Source of the DNA: Scyliorhinus canicula
Taxonomy: Eukaryota
Length of the DNA stretch: 64,000 nucleotides
Direction of reading: 5' to 3'
Assembly (NCBI RefSeq): GCF_902713615.1
Contig: NC_052175.1
Span: 14,921,271-14,985,270, forward strand
Shown here: positions 62,901 to 64,000 of the stretch, one piece after another
Layout of the letters: each line of letters opens with the position of its first letter
Numbering within the stretch: the stretch's first letter is position 1
Made by a program: the position numbers and the translations under genes
Notes under the pieces: model-generated
Seen by the model: only the letters and a program-made list of their open reading frames with translations
Database searches by the model: none
Told to the model about the DNA's origin: nothing

Positions 62901-62926
62901 AGTGTGGGCAGGGCATGGGCAGGGTG
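59925..62926. repeat. 3-kb 11-bp G-rich minisatellite (GGGCAGGGAGT)n with TGT/CAT/CAG variants, in integrin intron 2
   Basis: Direct inspection, ~270 units. Confidence 0.97.
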
Positions 62927-63299
62927 CGGCGACTCTCCCTGGCCATATTCGGCTGCTGGCTTTGCCACACAGGTACGTTGCAGTAAATACTCGCCCACAA
63001 TTCACTCGCAATGTTTCAATACGGCCCTGGCCATGAGCCTGGACAGCTGCTTCCTGCCTTATCCCTGTGTGCGTCTGAAATCCTGGCCTGCTCAATTCCA
63101 GCTGTCGGCACCTGTCCGCCTTTCACTGACACCGGCTCACTCAACTCAAGCTTTGGAAAGTATCTGTGGGCTGGAGGCAGGGTTTGATTTCAGATCAATA
63201 AAGTTATCGACCGAAGGTAAAGATTTTCAGTTAGTTACTATGGACCGTATGCTGGTAAAGGGGTAAAGCCTCCGTTTAAAACAGTTTAAAAGGAAATGT

Positions 63300-63808
63300 T
63301 AGAATTCCGACAGTGCAGAAGGAGCCCATTCAGCCCATCGGGTCCGCACTGACCCACTTGAAAATGAAAAAAAATGAAAATCGCTTATTGTCACGAGTAG
63401 GCTTCAAATGAAGTTACTGTGAAAAGCCCCTAGTCGCCACATTCCGGCGCCTGTTCGGGGAGGCTGGTACGGGAATTGAACCGTGCTGCTGGCCTGCCTG
63501 GGTCTGCTTTAAAAGCCAGCGATTTAGCCCAGTGAGCTAAACCAGCCCCTTGGGCCCAATCCCGTTTCCCTAGTCCTGTGACACCCCCCCCCCCCATCTA
63601 ACCTTTAGACACTAAGGGGCAATTTAGCACGGCCAATCCACCTAACCTCCACATCTTTGGACTGTGGGAGGAAACCGGAGCACCCGGACGAAACCCACGC
63701 ACACACGGGGAGGACGTGCAGACTCCACACAGACAGTGACCCCAAGCCGGGAATCGAACCTGGGACCCTGGAGCTGTGAAGCAACAGTGCTAACCGCTGT
63801 GCTACTGA
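63300..63808 (-). mobile_element. V-SINE (-) with a nested second-family SINE (63362-63550)
   Basis: Host tail at 63300-63360 and host head at 63600-63808 flank the insert. Confidence 0.8.
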
Positions 63809-64000
63809 TAGCTAAGACCATACCACAGGAGGGTGATATGTTTACCCACTCCATCGTGGAGGGAGGAGACAGGAGCGCGAATTGCCTGCGGGGTAGATTG
63901 AAACGTGAATTTCACTGGACAATGTTATCTGTATAAATTAACACTGTGCCTCCTGCCAACGCAGGATTGGCTGCCAACACGAGTCTGGCACTTGCATTTC

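Noticed and set aside
59730-63266. 1000+ aa Pro/Cys/His-rich or Gly-rich ORFs
   Set aside because: Open in nearly all frames because the 11-bp unit has no stops; intronic minisatellite.

Overview
This is a repeat-rich vertebrate window. The SINE and LINE families point to an elasmobranch (shark), by inference. Two protein-coding genes lie head-to-head. (1) An ANP32E-like gene on the - strand has exon 1 CDS at 30133-30186, exon 2 at 20188-20337, last coding exon at 17769-17836 and a ~2.7 kb 3'UTR ending near 15070. Its internal exons are not visible and probably sit in the 500-N gap at 19448-19947. Its promoter is a CCAAT-rich CpG island at ~30200-30830. (2) A collagen-binding I-domain integrin alpha on the + strand, most likely ITGA10, has exon 1 at 39697-39748 and exon 2 at 59547-59658. 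A third, unidentified - strand transcription unit probably starts at a paired ZNF143/THAP11-motif CpG promoter at ~13620-13760, with candidate exons at ~7952-8106, 5030-5094 and 2009-2060. The rest is roughly 40-50 tRNA-derived SINE copies or fragments, CR1/L1/L2/Rex-Babar LINE fragments, solo LTRs, a decayed Gypsy gag, a hAT-like element and GC-rich MITEs. There are also about a dozen mini/satellite arrays that cluster next to promoters, exons and the poly(A) site, several multiplying transcription-factor motifs (NRF1, kappaB-like, GC box). All long ORFs in the track are tandem-repeat or gap artefacts. No clearly new biological system is demonstrable from sequence alone. The best leads are the unannotated downstream gene and the motif-amplifying arrays.
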